Below, in pieces: positions 9,143 through 18,997 of a stretch of DNA of 64,000 nt (its first letter is position 1; each line of letters opens with the position of its first letter). The stretch is from an uncultured SAR116 cluster alpha proteobacterium (GTDB taxonomy: Bacteria; Pseudomonadota; Alphaproteobacteria; Puniceispirillales; GCA-002684695): contig CACAIE010000002.1 in the NCBI GenBank assembly GCA_902532475.1, positions 11,670 through 75,669 of the forward strand, read 5' to 3'. The notes beneath the pieces were generated by a model. The model was not told the origin of the DNA, did no database searches, and was given only the letters and a program-made list of their open reading frames with translations. A program made the position numbers and the translations under genes.

Positions 9143-10369
9143 ATGTTTAGACAAATCTTACTTGTATTAATATTGTCACTATTTTCAGTGGCAGCTTACG
9201 CTGGCTGTGGAATTAATTCGGGATCCGTTAGAGTAATTGCTAATGACTTTCCTGCAATTCACGCAGTAGGAGATGCCGCAAAAGAATGTGATGGGGGCGG
9301 TGTAGAAATTTCAATTAATTATAATAAAGATCACAAAGATATTCATGTTGCGGCTTTAACAGCTAACCCAGCAGAATTTACTAGCTCTATAGTAGCAAAC
9401 AGTACTTTTGTTGACTTACATAACAATGGCTTAATTAGACCACTAAATGAATATGTTGAAAAGTACGGAGATGGCATAAGCAAGAATCAATTAATAACAA
9501 TTGACGGAAAAGTAATGGCTGTTGCGTTTATGGCAAACTCTGCACATTTATTTTATCGTGAAGACGTACTCAAAGCAGCAGGGCAAAATCCACCAAAATC
9601 CTTTGAAGAACTCTTAACTGTTGCAAAAGCAATTAAAGATAAGGGGCTAATGGAGCATCCTCTTGGGGGAGTTTTTAAATCAGGTTGGAATGTTGGAAAT
9701 GAGTTTGTTAACTTATACTTAGGGCATGGCGGAGAATTATTTAAAGCAGGAACGGCTGAACCAAATTTAAATAATGCTAAAGGTGTCGCAGCGTTAAATA
9801 TGATGAAAGCAATGACAGAGTATATGAATCCAGATTTTCTTACACATGATTCTAATGCTAATCAAGCGCTTTGGGAAGGCGGTAAAATAGCATTGGTTCA
9901 TCTCTGGGGATCAAGAGCTGGGGCTGTTACAGATGGTGAAAACTCAACCTCAGAAATTGAAAATAGTACCAAATTTGCTGGAGCGTTAACAGTTGGTGGC
10001 GGTTCAACACCTGCTGCAGCACTATGGTGGGACGGCTTTGTAATTGCAGCAAACATTCCAGATGCTGATGCTGAAGCAACTTTCAGAGCGTTAGCAAATG
10101 GGGTGTCACTTAAAATGGCCCAGGCTAATCAAGAAAAAGCAAATTGGATAATTAAAGGCGCTACACCTACAGCAGCTGGCGTTGGTGTTTCTGCAACTGC
10201 TCAGGCAGGAGCTCACCCGTATCCAATGGTTCCTTTTATATCCTCTCTACATGGGGCTATAGGTTCTGAAATTGTAGATTTTCTTCAGGGCAAAGAAAGT
10301 GCTGAGCAGGCCCTTTCTGATGTAGAAGCTGCATACATCACTGTAGCTAAAGAAAAGGGATTTCTCTAA
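9143..10369 (+). CDS. ABC transporter substrate-binding protein (family 1, carbohydrate type)
   Basis: Signal peptide MFRQILLVLILSLFSVAAYAGC. Start placed at ATG 9143 behind a GGGGA RBS rather than at 9125. Followed by two permeases and an ATPase. Confidence 0.85.
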   Translation: MFRQILLVLILSLFSVAAYAGCGINSGSVRVIANDFPAIHAVGDAAKECDGGGVEISINYNKDHKDIHVAALTANPAEFTSSIVANSTFVDLHNNGLIRPLNEYVEKYGDGISKNQLITIDGKVMAVAFMANSAHLFYREDVLKAAGQNPPKSFEELLTVAKAIKDKGLMEHPLGGVFKSGWNVGNEFVNLYLGHGGELFKAGTAEPNLNNAKGVAALNMMKAMTEYMNPDFLTHDSNANQALWEGGKIALVHLWGSRAGAVTDGENSTSEIENSTKFAGALTVGGGSTPAAALWWDGFVIAANIPDADAEATFRALANGVSLKMAQANQEKANWIIKGATPTAAGVGVSATAQAGAHPYPMVPFISSLHGAIGSEIVDFLQGKESAEQALSDVEAAYITVAKEKGFL

Positions 10370-10377
10370 AACCTGAC

Positions 10378-10408
10378 ACTGAGAGGAGAATTAATATCTC
10401 CTCTCAGT
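10378..10408 (+). other. Intercistronic stem-loop after the binding-protein gene (11-bp stem, 9-nt loop)
   Basis: ACTGAGAGGAG-AATTAATAT-CTCCTCTCAGT read directly. The following tract is only weakly U-rich, so it is more likely an mRNA stabiliser or partial attenuator than a full terminator. Confidence 0.5.
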
Positions 10409-10505
10409 TAATTAAAATTGGAAAATTAGTTTCTATTAATCGGGTTGCATTTTCTAGTACTTTTAGCTTGTTAGTTATAAATCAGTTTTAATTGAGGATA
10501 AAGTA

Positions 10506-11537
10506 ATGCGCCATAGAACATTTGTTAGCTTTATTTGGCCATCTGCGTTTGTAATGCTACTATTTATTGCTGTACCAATTATATCTGTAGGAGTTCAATC
10601 TCTATTTATTCAACATGAGCAAGTAATAGAAACTGTGGAAAACTGCGGTCCATTTGGTTGCAAACAAACCCAGCAAATTAATTATGAAGCGACAGAGACA
10701 TTGAGGAAAGAAAAACCCCTAGGTAGATTTGTTGGTTTAGAAGCTTACACCAATAGAAATCACTTGGCTCTTGAGGAAGTTAAAGAATCTTGGGGTACAG
10801 CAAATACCTATCAAGAATTTTATAAAGATATTATGAACTTGCCTTTTTACAAAGCGTTAGTTTTTACTTTAACATATACAGCCATTGTTACCCCGATGGT
10901 TTTGATTCTAGGTTTTCTTGTTGCTTTATCGGTAAACCGTTTGCCATCTATCTTTAAAGGCCCAACAATTTTTTGTTCATTATTGCCATTTATTGTCACT
11001 CCACTTATTGGGGCCTTGATTCTTTTTTGGATGATTGACGCAGATGGAATTATTGGTGGGACACTTCAAATTATCTTTCATAACCCTGAGTTATCACTTA
11101 AAGCTTCACCAACATTAACTTGGATTACATTAATTATATACGGCATTTGGCACTCAGCACCTTTTTCTTTTATCGTTTTTTATGCAGGCCTTCAGACAGT
11201 ACCCAAAGAAACCATTGAAAGCGCAAAAATTGACGGGGCTAATAAATGGGAACAAGTAAGGTATGTTATAATACCACATTTAATGCCTTTAGTTATATTT
11301 ATTGCTTTAATGCAACTAATGGATAATTTCCGAGTATTTGAACCCATTATAGGATTTAATGCTTCTGCAAATGCCACTTCATTGTCATGGTTGATTTATA
11401 ATGACCTAAGGGGCAGTGATGGAAACATGGTTTTTGGTTCTGCAGCGGCAACATCATTTCTGATGATTATAGGCGTATGTATTTTATTAACTCCGGTATT
11501 GATACGTACTTGGCGTTCATATCAAAAAGTCTCGTAA
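10506..11537 (+). CDS. ABC transporter permease (MalF/UgpA type)
   Basis: Multi-pass hydrophobic protein with the EAA loop ESAKIDGANKWEQVRYVIIPHLMP. Confidence 0.9.
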   Translation: MRHRTFVSFIWPSAFVMLLFIAVPIISVGVQSLFIQHEQVIETVENCGPFGCKQTQQINYEATETLRKEKPLGRFVGLEAYTNRNHLALEEVKESWGTANTYQEFYKDIMNLPFYKALVFTLTYTAIVTPMVLILGFLVALSVNRLPSIFKGPTIFCSLLPFIVTPLIGALILFWMIDADGIIGGTLQIIFHNPELSLKASPTLTWITLIIYGIWHSAPFSFIVFYAGLQTVPKETIESAKIDGANKWEQVRYVIIPHLMPLVIFIALMQLMDNFRVFEPIIGFNASANATSLSWLIYNDLRGSDGNMVFGSAAATSFLMIIGVCILLTPVLIRTWRSYQKVS

Positions 11538-11541
11538 GGAA

Positions 11542-12429
11542 ATGTTAATGATTTTTGATCAAATAAAAAAATTTAATTTTCTTACTTTACTTGCTTTAGC
11601 ATTTTTAATTCTTTGGCTGGTAATGGCAATGTTTCCCTTCATATGGACATTATGGGGGAGTTTTAAAGTTCAAGGTGATTTCTTTTCAAAACAAGACTGG
11701 AAAAACGCAATATATGGAGTTTTCACATTATCTGAAACAGGGCATTACTTTACAGGAAAAGGTTATAAAGGGGCTTGGATTATTAAAGAGTTTTGGAGAT
11801 CAACAATAAATACAATCATTGTTACCTTTTCAGTTGTAACAATCTCGCTTACATTAGGAACACTTGGAGGTTATGCTCTGGCCAGATCAGGTTTTAGGTA
11901 TGCTTTTTGGATTTTGATAATTGCACTAATTTTTAGAGCTATGCCTCATATAACTCTTGTATCTGGGTATCTGTTTCCTTTTTTCCAATTAAATATTTGG
12001 GGATATTTAGCAACAACCATCATTGTTATGGTAGCAATTAACCAGCCCTTCACATTGTGGATGCTTCATTCCTTTTTTCTAAATATTCCAAAGGAACTTG
12101 ATGAAAGCGCAATGGTAGATGGCTGCACTCGATTCCAAGCTTTTCGAAATGTTATTATCCCAGTAATGTGGCCAGGAGTCATCACCACTGGATTGTTTAG
12201 TTTTTTATTGGCATACAATGATTTTGCTTTAACTGGTTTACTTTTAACACATGAAAACCAAACTATGGTTCCAAAAATTGCTAGTTTCTTAGGAACCACT
12301 CAAGTTGAAGGCAACATAATGTATGCTGTTGCTGCAGTGGTTTCAGCTACAGCACCATTATTTGTTCTAGTAATGTTTTTTCAACGCCAAATAGTTAGTG
12401 GGTTAATAACTGGAGCTGTAAAAGGATGA
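11542..12429 (+). CDS. ABC transporter permease (MalG/UgpE type)
   Basis: EAA loop ESAMVDGCTRFQAFRNVIIPVMWPG and six predicted TM stretches. Confidence 0.9.
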   Translation: MLMIFDQIKKFNFLTLLALAFLILWLVMAMFPFIWTLWGSFKVQGDFFSKQDWKNAIYGVFTLSETGHYFTGKGYKGAWIIKEFWRSTINTIIVTFSVVTISLTLGTLGGYALARSGFRYAFWILIIALIFRAMPHITLVSGYLFPFFQLNIWGYLATTIIVMVAINQPFTLWMLHSFFLNIPKELDESAMVDGCTRFQAFRNVIIPVMWPGVITTGLFSFLLAYNDFALTGLLLTHENQTMVPKIASFLGTTQVEGNIMYAVAAVVSATAPLFVLVMFFQRQIVSGLITGAVKG

Positions 12430-12446
12430 GTACAGGAAAATAAATC

Positions 12447-13514
12447 ATGGCTAGTGTTAATCTAAGTAATTTAACTAAAAAATGGGGCGACTTTACAGCA
12501 GTTGATAACTTCAATCTTCAAATTCTAGATAAAGAATTTATAGTTCTCCTAGGGCCTTCTGGATGTGGAAAAACAACGACAATGAGAATGATTGCAGGTC
12601 TGGAAGAGATTACTCTAGGTAATGTTTTCATAAATGAAATAAAAGTTAATGATTTAGAGCCTAAAGATCGAGATATAGCAATGGTTTTTCAATCTTACGG
12701 CCTTTACCCCAACATGAATGTGTTTGAAAATATAAGATTCCCGTTAAAAGTAAGAAAGGTAGATAAGTCCACTCACGAAGAAAGAGTGATGAAAGCTGCT
12801 GAAATGGTTGAATTAAGTGAATTTTTACATAGAAAGCCTGCTGCTTTATCAGGGGGTCAAAGACAAAGGGTGGCTCTTGCCAGAGCGATCGTAAGAGAAC
12901 CAAATTTATTTCTAATGGATGAGCCTCTATCCAACCTAGATGCAAAACTTAGAGTTTCTACCCGTGCTCAAATTAAGCATTTACATCACAAGCTAAAGGT
13001 TACAACTATTTATGTTACTCATGATCAAGTGGAAGCGATGACATTAGCAGATAGAGTTGTCGTAATGAATGAAGGCGTCATTCAACAAGTCGGAACTCCT
13101 TCTAAGATATATAATCAGCCTAAAAATGTATTTGTCGCTGGCTTTATTGGTAATCCAGCTATGAATCTAATAACTGGCCAATTGGTAAAGGGTGTTTTTA
13201 AAAGTGAGAATATTGTTGTTAAGGGACTAAAAGGTCCGGATGGTCCTATTAAATTGGGCTTCAGAGCTGAGGATGCATTAGTAATTTCGAAAACCTCAAC
13301 GAAACGAAAGAGTGAAATAACTGCTCAGGTTTATACGTCTGAACTTCTTGGTGATTCAACAATGTTAACAATAAAAGTTGGCCGGGCAATGGTTATAGTA
13401 AAAGCCCATAAGGATTATCAAGCTAAAATCGGGGAAATAGTAAATATATCTATCCCTCAAAAAGTTTGTCATCTTTTTGATGCTAAATCAGGAGATAATT
13501 TACAATACACTTAA
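12447..13514 (+). CDS. ABC transporter ATP-binding protein (MalK/UgpC type)
   Basis: Walker A GPSGCGKTT, signature LSGGQRQRVALARA, Walker B LFLMDEPLSNLD, and a C-terminal regulatory domain. Confidence 0.93.
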   Translation: MASVNLSNLTKKWGDFTAVDNFNLQILDKEFIVLLGPSGCGKTTTMRMIAGLEEITLGNVFINEIKVNDLEPKDRDIAMVFQSYGLYPNMNVFENIRFPLKVRKVDKSTHEERVMKAAEMVELSEFLHRKPAALSGGQRQRVALARAIVREPNLFLMDEPLSNLDAKLRVSTRAQIKHLHHKLKVTTIYVTHDQVEAMTLADRVVVMNEGVIQQVGTPSKIYNQPKNVFVAGFIGNPAMNLITGQLVKGVFKSENIVVKGLKGPDGPIKLGFRAEDALVISKTSTKRKSEITAQVYTSELLGDSTMLTIKVGRAMVIVKAHKDYQAKIGEIVNISIPQKVCHLFDAKSGDNLQYT

Positions 13515-13523
13515 GGAGAAAAA

Positions 13524-14054
13524 ATGGTTGGTGCACGTCCAAAGCAAGCAGAACTTACAGAAGATACAGATCTTAGCAAAACCGATGATACACGTCGTGT
13601 CATAGAATCAATGTGCGATGGCATGAATGACCACAGAATTGATGATATGGATGAATTCTTTGCCACTAATTTTAGATGGATGGGGAATACGGGATGCGGA
13701 ACAAAAAATGGACTCAAAGAATTTCAAGATAATTGGCAAAGACCTTTTCAAGCTGCTTTTTCAGATAAGGTTTGTATAGATGAAGCCAGATTATTTATGG
13801 GTGAGTGGGCTGCTGCATTTGGACGACAAGAAGCCATTCATTCTGGCGAATTCATGGGAATAAAACCAACAGGGAAAAAAGTAGAAATTAGATATATGGA
13901 TTTTTGGAAAGTAAAAGAGGGACGCATAATTGACAACTGGGTAATGGTTGATTTTCCATATGTAATGGCACAATTGGGAGAGGATGCATTTAACGGTCAT
14001 GGTTGGGAAATTTTCGATAGAGGTGAAGCCTCCCCCCCCAGACCTAAGTGTTAA
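13524..14054 (+). CDS. SnoaL-like ester cyclase family protein (single domain)
   Basis: GEFMGIKPTGKKVEIRYMDFWKVKEGRIIDNWVMVDFPYVMAQLG is the typical SnoaL/ester-cyclase C-terminal pattern. Confidence 0.75.
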   Translation: MVGARPKQAELTEDTDLSKTDDTRRVIESMCDGMNDHRIDDMDEFFATNFRWMGNTGCGTKNGLKEFQDNWQRPFQAAFSDKVCIDEARLFMGEWAAAFGRQEAIHSGEFMGIKPTGKKVEIRYMDFWKVKEGRIIDNWVMVDFPYVMAQLGEDAFNGHGWEIFDRGEASPPRPKC

Positions 14055-14092
14055 TTTATGGTGGTCTTTGAAAAAGAAATGAAAGCTAAATA

Positions 14093-15121
14093 ATGACAAC
14101 AGAGAAAGTAACATCGCTTGACGTAGCAAAAAAGATTGGAGTGAGCCAATCTGCCGTAAGCAGAGTGTTTACACCAGGTGCGTCCGTTTCTAATGCAATG
14201 GAAGACAAGGTTCTCAAGGCTGCAAATGAACTAGGTTATAGGCCTAACATGCTTGCTCGATCTCTTAATACTGGGAAGTCTAAAATGATTGGGCTAGTTG
14301 TATCGTATCTGGACAATCAGTTTTACCCTGATGTTTTAGAGAGTTTATCAAGTAAACTGCAGGAAAGTGGTTATCATATTCTTATTTTTATTGCCTCAAA
14401 TGGTACTAAAAATTTTGATCAAGTTTTAAATGAAATTCTTGATTATCAAGTTGATGGAATTATCATGGCTTCCGTTGAATTGTCTTCTGTCATTTCTAAA
14501 AAAATTGATTCGGCTGGAATACCGGTAATTCTTTTAAATCGTTCTTTGGACAATATGCGGTTTTCAAGTGTCACATCAAATAATTACAATGGTGGAAAAC
14601 AGATTGCTAACTTTTTGATAAAAGGTGGACACAGGAAAATTTCTCATATCGCTGGAAATGAAAAAGCTTCAACCCAAAGAGATAGAGAAACTGGTTTTAT
14701 AGATGGGCTAAAAGAAAATGGAGTGGATTTATTTTCAAGAGAAATAGGAAATTTTGTTTTGGATGAGGCGTCCTCAGCAACAAGAAAAATGTTTTCTTCA
14801 AAAAACTCTCCTGACGCAGTGTTTGTTGCAAACGATCATATGGCTTTTGCAGTCATGGATGTTTTGAGAATGGAATTAGGGTTGAAAATACCTGAAGATG
14901 TGTCCGTTGTTGGTTATGATGATGTTAAAATTTCTTCATGGCCAAGTTACGATTTAACAACGGTTCGGCAACCTATAAACAATATGGTTGATAGAACAAT
15001 TTCTTTATTAATTTCACAATTAGAAGGAAACAAACCAGCTAAGCAAATCGAAGTAGAAGCTGAACTCATCGTTCGAAATTCAGCAAAACTTCCTAGAAAT
15101 AATTTTAACAAAAGGAGTTAA
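14093..15121 (+). CDS. LacI-family transcriptional regulator
   Basis: N-terminal HTH TSLDVAKKIGVSQSAVSRVF followed by a periplasmic-binding-fold effector domain (VANDHMAFAVMD, VVGYDD). Confidence 0.92.
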   Translation: MTTEKVTSLDVAKKIGVSQSAVSRVFTPGASVSNAMEDKVLKAANELGYRPNMLARSLNTGKSKMIGLVVSYLDNQFYPDVLESLSSKLQESGYHILIFIASNGTKNFDQVLNEILDYQVDGIIMASVELSSVISKKIDSAGIPVILLNRSLDNMRFSSVTSNNYNGGKQIANFLIKGGHRKISHIAGNEKASTQRDRETGFIDGLKENGVDLFSREIGNFVLDEASSATRKMFSSKNSPDAVFVANDHMAFAVMDVLRMELGLKIPEDVSVVGYDDVKISSWPSYDLTTVRQPINNMVDRTISLLISQLEGNKPAKQIEVEAELIVRNSAKLPRNNFNKRS

Positions 15122-15124
15122 TCA

Positions 15125-16093
15125 ATGAGGGGTTTTGACAAACATTGGAAAGATTTTCCCGATTTTATTATTGGGATAACAAATGAAATTTGGGAGAGCC
15201 GTGGAATTGCTAACCTTCATCGTTACTATTCTGATGATATTCCAGTCAGAACTCCGGCTGGTATTTCTCAAGGCAATAAAGATACCATCTCTATAACTAT
15301 GGGTACATTAGCTGAATTTCCTGACAGAACTTTATATGGCGAAGATGTAATTTGGTCTGGTTCACCTAAAGAAGGCCTTCACTCATCCCATAGAATATTT
15401 TCTACTGCCACACATCTAGGAAATGGAATATTTGGAAAAGCAACTGGCAAAAAACTTGGATACCGAATTATAGCCGACACACATGCAATCAATAATCAAA
15501 TTAATGATGAGTGGTTAGTTCGTGACCAAGGAGCAATAGTTCGCCAGATAGGATGGGACCCTAAAGATTTTGCTGTAGATTTAATCGAACGAGAAGGCGG
15601 TCCAGAAAAATGCGTTAAACCCTTTACTCCAGAGATTGATTTGCCAGGACCTTATAAAGGTAAAGGCAACCAGAATGAGTGGGGTTACAAATATGCAGAT
15701 ATACTGACTAACATTATGAATGCTAATATGTCAGTAATTCCTAAAGAATATGATCGTGCTTGCCAATTAGAGCAGCCAGGAGGGGTAACAGGTCATAGCC
15801 ATAAAGATGCAGATAGCTTTTGGATGGGTCTCAGAGCAAGTTTCCCAAATGCTAAATTTACTATTGAGCACCAAATCGGTCGAGATGATCCCATGCTTTC
15901 ACCTCGTGCAGCCATTCGTTTTGGGCTATATGGCAAACATGATGGATGGGGCACATACGGCAAGCCTACAGGTGCCAAAGTTTATATAATGGGAATTTGT
16001 CACGCAGAGTTTGGTCCTTGGGGACTGCGCCGAGAGTTTGTTTTATTTGATGAAACTTCTATATGGAAACAAATCGTATTACAGAAAGGATAA
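15125..16093 (+). CDS. Tandem SnoaL/NTF2-like domain protein
   Basis: Two repeats of the ester-cyclase pattern (GKATGKKLGYRIIADTHAINNQINDEWLVRD and GKPTGAKVYIMGICHAEF). Confidence 0.7.
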   Translation: MRGFDKHWKDFPDFIIGITNEIWESRGIANLHRYYSDDIPVRTPAGISQGNKDTISITMGTLAEFPDRTLYGEDVIWSGSPKEGLHSSHRIFSTATHLGNGIFGKATGKKLGYRIIADTHAINNQINDEWLVRDQGAIVRQIGWDPKDFAVDLIEREGGPEKCVKPFTPEIDLPGPYKGKGNQNEWGYKYADILTNIMNANMSVIPKEYDRACQLEQPGGVTGHSHKDADSFWMGLRASFPNAKFTIEHQIGRDDPMLSPRAAIRFGLYGKHDGWGTYGKPTGAKVYIMGICHAEFGPWGLRREFVLFDETSIWKQIVLQKG

Positions 16094-16100
16094 TATAACA

Positions 16101-17063
16101 ATGAAAAACATAGAATCTTGTATAGTTAGGCATGGAGATTTAATTCCTGATAGATCAGCTTTCATTGACGCTCATACTCCTGGAAGCAATTTAAAGGAAA
16201 ATTATACTATTATTGGTGATGGTGTTTCTGAATCTGCCGACAGACATGTGCATATCAAAGAAACACCAGGTTTTAATATTGGTGGCGCAGGTCAACCTCC
16301 AAAGTGCACAAACTCACTTCATATTCATCGAACAGCTGAAGTTTTTTACATCCTTTCTGGCCGTTGGAGATTTTTTTGGGGAAATGATGGAAATGACGGT
16401 GAAGTCATTTTAGAGGCTGGAGATGTATTAAACATTCCAACAGGAATATTTAGGGGTTTTGAAAATGTTGGGACAGAATATTCTATGATCATGGGTGTTT
16501 TAGGTGGAGATGACTCTGGTGGTGGAGTTATCTGGGCTCCCAAGGTAATTGAAGCTGCTAAAGCTCATGGGCTAGTTTTAGGTGAAAATGGTGTTCTTTG
16601 TGACACGAATAAGAACCAATCTCTACCAGAGGGAATTAATCCTATGAAACCTTTAACTGATGAGGAACTTTCTAAAATACCTGAAGTTTCAACCGCTGAT
16701 TTTGTTCCTAGATTTGTAGCGAGATATCTTGATATGGTGGCACTTTCAGACCATAAACCAGCTTTAGTCATTGGTGATAAAGGGATGATACATGATCGGC
16801 CTGGGTTTACTTTAGAGTTTATTAGCAAGAATTCTTTATCTTCTGATAGTTATACAAGTGATCAACATGAAGTTTTTATGGTAATGAAAGGTTATTGGAA
16901 TGTAACATTAAATAATGAAAAGGCAGTAATATCTCCTGGAGATGTTTTAACTGTTGCCCCAGGGCTTGAGCGTAGCTTATCCCCTTCAAGAAGCAATCAT
17001 GCCTCCATTTTTAGAGTTAGGAAAACTGATGATCAGGCTGGTCCAACAATCGACTTTCCTTAA
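16101..17063 (+). CDS. Bicupin-domain protein (possible dioxygenase/isomerase)
   Basis: Start placed at ATG 16101 behind an AAAGGA RBS. The ORF-track start at 16011 lies inside the previous gene. Cupin motif SLHIHRTAEVFYILSGRW plus a second beta-barrel half (VFMVMKGYWNV...PGDVLTV). Confidence 0.7.
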   Translation: MKNIESCIVRHGDLIPDRSAFIDAHTPGSNLKENYTIIGDGVSESADRHVHIKETPGFNIGGAGQPPKCTNSLHIHRTAEVFYILSGRWRFFWGNDGNDGEVILEAGDVLNIPTGIFRGFENVGTEYSMIMGVLGGDDSGGGVIWAPKVIEAAKAHGLVLGENGVLCDTNKNQSLPEGINPMKPLTDEELSKIPEVSTADFVPRFVARYLDMVALSDHKPALVIGDKGMIHDRPGFTLEFISKNSLSSDSYTSDQHEVFMVMKGYWNVTLNNEKAVISPGDVLTVAPGLERSLSPSRSNHASIFRVRKTDDQAGPTIDFP

Positions 17064-17097
17064 GCGGTTAAAACTTATTTGAATTAGGAAAATCATT

Positions 17098-18231
17098 ATG
17101 AATGAAATATTATCAACGCATGTTGGCTCACTCCCCAGAAAAAAAGATTTGTTAAAATTCATATTCGCGCGTGACAATGGAGAGGCCTATAATGAAAAAG
17201 AGTTTTTAAATTGTTTAGGTTCGTCTTGTGATGAGATAGTTAGAAGACAAGTAGAATCTGGAATTGATATAGTTTGCGATGGCGAAATTTCTAAAATTTC
17301 ATATTCTACTTATGTAAAAGATCGTTACACTGGATTTTCTGGTGACAGTCCACGTAATCCTCCTGAAGATCTTAAACTGTTTCCCGAGTTCCTAGAACGA
17401 ATAGCTAAATTTGGTGGAACTGCTCAATACAAACGTCCAGTATGCACGAGTGAAATCAAGTCAAAAGGCCGCAATGAGGTAAGCGTTGACATTAAAAATC
17501 TCAAATCGGCAATGGAAAAACATGACGTTAAAAGGGGTTTTTTAAACGCTGCATCGCCAGGTGTTATTTCTCTATTTTTGCAAAACGAATTTTATAAAAC
17601 TAGAGAAGCTTATATAGCAGCTTTAGCGGATGCTATGACCGATGAATATGAAACTATTGTAAACTCCGGTCTTGATATTCAAATAGACTGTCCAGATTTG
17701 GGACTTTCAAGGCACATGCTATTTCCAGAATTAAGTGACGAAGAATTTATTAAGATTGCTAATGTAAATGCTGAAGCGCTTAACCATGCGCTTAGGAATA
17801 TTGATCCATCAAAAGTTAGAGTTCATATCTGCTGGGGAAATTATGAAGGGCCCCATGTCTGCGATATCGACTTAAATAAAGTTTTCGACATTCTTATGAA
17901 AATAAAATCTCACTATGTATTATTTGAGGCATCCAATCCTCGGCATGCACATGAATGGACTATTTTCAGGGACCGAAAAAATGAAATTTCTGAAGAAAAA
18001 ATATTAGTTCCAGGTGTAATTGATACTACAACTAATTATGTTGAGCACCCAGAATTAGTTGCTCAAAGAATACTTCAGTTTGTAAATATAGTTGGTAAAG
18101 ATAGAGTGATTGCTGGATCAGATTGTGGATTTGGAACTTTTGCAGGGTTTGGTGCAATTGATCCAGAAATTGCTTACGCTAAATTATCTACTTTATCTAA
18201 CGGAGCTTCGTTAGCTTCAAACCGACTTTAA
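17098..18231 (+). CDS. Cobalamin-independent methionine synthase (MetE C-terminal domain)-like protein
   Basis: 377 aa. STHVGSLPR at the N-terminus, with HICWGNYEGPH and AGSDCGFG as Zn-ligand regions typical of the MetE catalytic-domain family. Confidence 0.7.
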   Translation: MNEILSTHVGSLPRKKDLLKFIFARDNGEAYNEKEFLNCLGSSCDEIVRRQVESGIDIVCDGEISKISYSTYVKDRYTGFSGDSPRNPPEDLKLFPEFLERIAKFGGTAQYKRPVCTSEIKSKGRNEVSVDIKNLKSAMEKHDVKRGFLNAASPGVISLFLQNEFYKTREAYIAALADAMTDEYETIVNSGLDIQIDCPDLGLSRHMLFPELSDEEFIKIANVNAEALNHALRNIDPSKVRVHICWGNYEGPHVCDIDLNKVFDILMKIKSHYVLFEASNPRHAHEWTIFRDRKNEISEEKILVPGVIDTTTNYVEHPELVAQRILQFVNIVGKDRVIAGSDCGFGTFAGFGAIDPEIAYAKLSTLSNGASLASNRL

Positions 18232-18267
18232 TTGAAAAATAACCTAGTTTTTCTGAAAGGAAGATAA

Positions 18268-18963
18268 ATGGATAAAGAACTTCATAATTTATTAAAAAAA
18301 GTAGACACACCTACTGTTTCAAATGCAATTGAAGTAGCGCAAGGTAAACGTGGATATAAAAATTTTACCAGAGGAACTATGCACTGTTCTGATGCAAAAG
18401 CAGGTTCAATAGTTGGTTACGCGAGAACTGCTTCTATTGCAGCTGCTGAAGCTCCTTTAGAATCTTCTGATATCATAAGGGCGCGAAGAATGAATTATTA
18501 TCAACATATGTCAGAAGGTCCAAAACCTTCGATAGCCGTTGTTGAAGACATTGATTTTCCTAACTGTGTTGGAGCGTATTGGGGTGAAGTTAATACGAAC
18601 GTTCATAAATCTTTTGGTATATCTGGTGCTCTGACAAACGGAGTTATGCGTGATTTAGGTGATTTGCCAAATGGCTTTCCTGTTATAGCCGGTTCCATCG
18701 GTCCTAGCCATATGTTTACACATGTAAAAACTATTGGGGAAGGAGCAAATATATTTGGAATGGAAGTCAAAGAAGGTGCACTGTTGCATGCTGACCAACA
18801 TGGCGCAATAGTGATCCCCGATAATGTGATTTCAGATCTCTATTCAGCAATAAACACGCTTTTAAAAACAGAAAAATTAATTCTGGAGCCATCTAAAAAA
18901 GGACCTATGTCTTTTAAAGAGTTTGAAGAAGCTTGGTCCACATTTGAAAAGAGTAGAACCTAG
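18268..18963 (+). CDS. RraA-fold protein of the long (about 230 aa) HMG/CHA-aldolase / oxaloacetate decarboxylase type
   Basis: [28 protein letters not shown] core. At 231 aa it matches aldolase-type members rather than the roughly 160-aa RraA regulators. Confidence 0.65.
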   Translation: MDKELHNLLKKVDTPTVSNAIEVAQGKRGYKNFTRGTMHCSDAKAGSIVGYARTASIAAAEAPLESSDIIRARRMNYYQHMSEGPKPSIAVVEDIDFPNCVGAYWGEVNTNVHKSFGISGALTNGVMRDLGDLPNGFPVIAGSIGPSHMFTHVKTIGEGANIFGMEVKEGALLHADQHGAIVIPDNVISDLYSAINTLLKTEKLILEPSKKGPMSFKEFEEAWSTFEKSRT

Positions 18964-18997
18964 TTTAATTAGAATTTTACAAATAAGGTTTTTAAAA

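Noticed and set aside
16011-16100. The upstream extension of the bicupin ORF, and similarly 18923..18997 for the HisD-family gene, 9125..9142 and 51913..51924 for the two binding proteins, and 48787..48816 for bhmt.
   Set aside because: The extensions use TTG or other non-ATG starts, overlap the preceding gene or leader, and lack an RBS. The internal ATG codons are preceded by GGAG/GGGG-type Shine-Dalgarno sequences at 5-7 nt and give sensible N-termini or signal peptides.
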